Assembly: GCF_042650605.1 (NCBI RefSeq)
Contig: NZ_JBHSBN010000027.1
Span: 17,199 to 41,198 of the forward strand
Direction: 5' to 3'
DNA from: Micromonospora zhanjiangensis
Lineage (GTDB): Bacteria; Actinomycetota; Actinomycetes; Mycobacteriales; Micromonosporaceae
Length of the DNA stretch: 24,000 nucleotides
Under the pieces are notes generated by a model that was given only the letters and a program-made list of their open reading frames with translations, searched no databases and was not told the origin of the DNA. Both the position numbers and the translations under genes were made by a program. The stretch's first letter is position 1, and each line of letters begins with the position of its first letter. Shown here one piece after another: positions 23,008 through 24,000 of this stretch.

Positions 23008-24000
23008 TCAGCCGCCGGCCGCGGTGTTCCGCAGCATGGTGCGAATCCACGCCTGCGCGGTGTGCCGGGGTACGTCGTAGTGCGCGGCCACCGCCGTGGC
23101 GTTACCGACCCGCTGGTACACCGGCGCCAGGTCGGCCGGTGCCCGCCGGTACGCCCGCTGCTGCCCGCTGGCCGGGGCGGCCTTCTCGGCGGCGCCGGCC
23201 TTCCGAGCCGTGGCCGACCGTCCGGTCGTCGCCAGCTTGCTGGTGGCCTTCTTCCGGGCGGGCGCCACCTTGGTCGCGGCGGCCGGCCCGGCGGCGGCCT
23301 TCCTGGCCGGGGCGGTCTCGACCTTCTTGATCGGTCCGGTCTTCTTGGTCGCGGCGGTCTCGGCCTTCTTGGTCGGTCCGGCCTTCGCGACCACGGCGGT
23401 TCCCGCCTTCTTGGCCACGGCGGTCTTCCTGGCCGGCCCGGCCTTTGGCGCCGGCCCGGCCTTCCTGGCTACGGCGGTCTTGGCCGCAGCGGTCTTCTTG
23501 GCCGGGGCCTTTGTGGTCTTCGCCGGCCGGGTGCCGGTGGCCTTCGTCGCGGTGCCCGGCCTACGTGTGGTCGGACTGGCCGCGCCGCCCGCCTTCCTGG
23601 CCGTGCGCTTCGTAACGGCGGCCTTCGTGGCCTTCTCCGCGCTTGCCTTCGCTGCCTTCGTGGTACTCGCCTTCGCTGCGCTCGCCTTCGCTGGCTTCAC
23701 GGCGCTGGCGTCGGCAGCCTTCGCCGCGCTCGCCCTCGTGGCCTTGCCGGCATTTGCCTTCGTGGACCTGGCCGCTGTCGGTGCGGTGTTCTTCGAGCCG
23801 GTGTTCTTCCTGGTAGCGGCCCTCGGCGCGGCGGCCTTTGGAGCGGTCGCCTTCGCCGCCCGCGCCGAACCGACCCTCCTGGTGGCCGCCTTGGTGGGCA
23901 CCGTCACCGCGGCCTCGACCGGGTCGCTGCCGGTCACCGCGGCCTCGACCGGCGCGGCCTCGACCGACGCCGCCGCGTGCGCCGGGGCCTCGACCGGCAG
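23008..24000 (-). CDS. Histone-H1-like Ala/Lys/Thr-rich repetitive protein with a C-terminal helix-turn-helix-like domain; the 5' end probably lies outside the window
   Basis: The product has about 230 aa of AKKA/TKKA/PAKK repeats, then ...AYRRAPADLAPVYQRVGNATAVAAHYDVPRHTAQAWIRTMLRN. The frame stays open beyond the GTG at 23937 to the window edge (LPVEAPAHAAASVEAAPVEAA), so the true start may lie upstream. Confidence 0.7.
   Translation of the reverse strand: MPVEAPAHAAASVEAAPVEAAVTGSDPVEAAVTVPTKAATRRVGSARAAKATAPKAAAPRAATRKNTGSKNTAPTAARSTKANAGKATRASAAKAADASAVKPAKASAAKASTTKAAKASAEKATKAAVTKRTARKAGGAASPTTRRPGTATKATGTRPAKTTKAPAKKTAAAKTAVARKAGPAPKAGPARKTAVAKKAGTAVVAKAGPTKKAETAATKKTGPIKKVETAPARKAAAGPAAATKVAPARKKATSKLATTGRSATARKAGAAEKAAPASGQQRAYRRAPADLAPVYQRVGNATAVAAHYDVPRHTAQAWIRTMLRNTAAGG

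Noticed and set aside
1-24000. A search for mobile elements, integrases, CRISPR arrays, tRNA/rRNA genes, or defence or toxin-antitoxin modules.
   Set aside because: None was found. Every intergenic gap is short and is explained by promoters or hairpins. No terminal inverted repeats, direct-repeat/spacer arrays or recombinase-like ORFs were seen. The composition looks uniform (judged by eye), so the rSAM cassette does not look like a recent horizontal acquisition.

Overview
This is a very high-GC actinobacterial chromosome segment; GC was judged by eye, not computed. BldC, the DUF3073 protein and the overall gene order suggest a Micromonosporaceae- or Streptomyces-type organism, but that is inference. 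The backbone is a conserved housekeeping block: a GDT1-family fragment, purS-purQ-purL, a ComB-like phosphatase, a membrane protein, an SCP-like protein, purF, purM, a DUF3073 protein, vdh, a conserved hypothetical and bldC. After that come a PPOX/F420-type protein, a SAM methyltransferase, a TetR regulator, a small DxDxDG-repeat protein, a 3-hydroxyacyl-CoA dehydrogenase, an enoyl-CoA hydratase, an orphan lipoprotein solute-binding protein, a hypothetical, a DUF2786 protein, a VOC protein and a histone-H1-like/HTH protein that runs off the window. I found no rRNA, tRNA, CRISPR array, transposase or integrase. The most interesting element is a two-gene cassette wedged between purM and the DUF3073 gene. 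It consists of a radical-SAM enzyme (CX3CX2C, C-terminal auxiliary Cys cluster) and a downstream 81-aa ORF that overlaps it by 32 nt and has a good SD. The small ORF ends in the aromatic/Asn-dense sequence AVCAWNHFENIPTFYNWNNRPR, which looks like a RiPP precursor of the cyclophane (triceptide/darobactin-like) type. Secondary observations: (1) a solute-binding lipoprotein that appears to be a circular permutant of the LivJ/Peripla_BP_6 fold; (2) a single-pass membrane protein with a cytoplasmic tail of more than 300 aa rich in G/Y/D/Q/R (prion-like) and encoded partly by 33-bp tandem repeats; (3) a disordered P/A/E/T-rich C-terminal extension of about 185 aa on PurL; (4) a 17-bp tandem repeat that reiterates a stop codon; (5) perfect palindromes around a TetR-linked small gene. 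Most long ORFs in the six-frame track are GC-driven shadow frames and were rejected.
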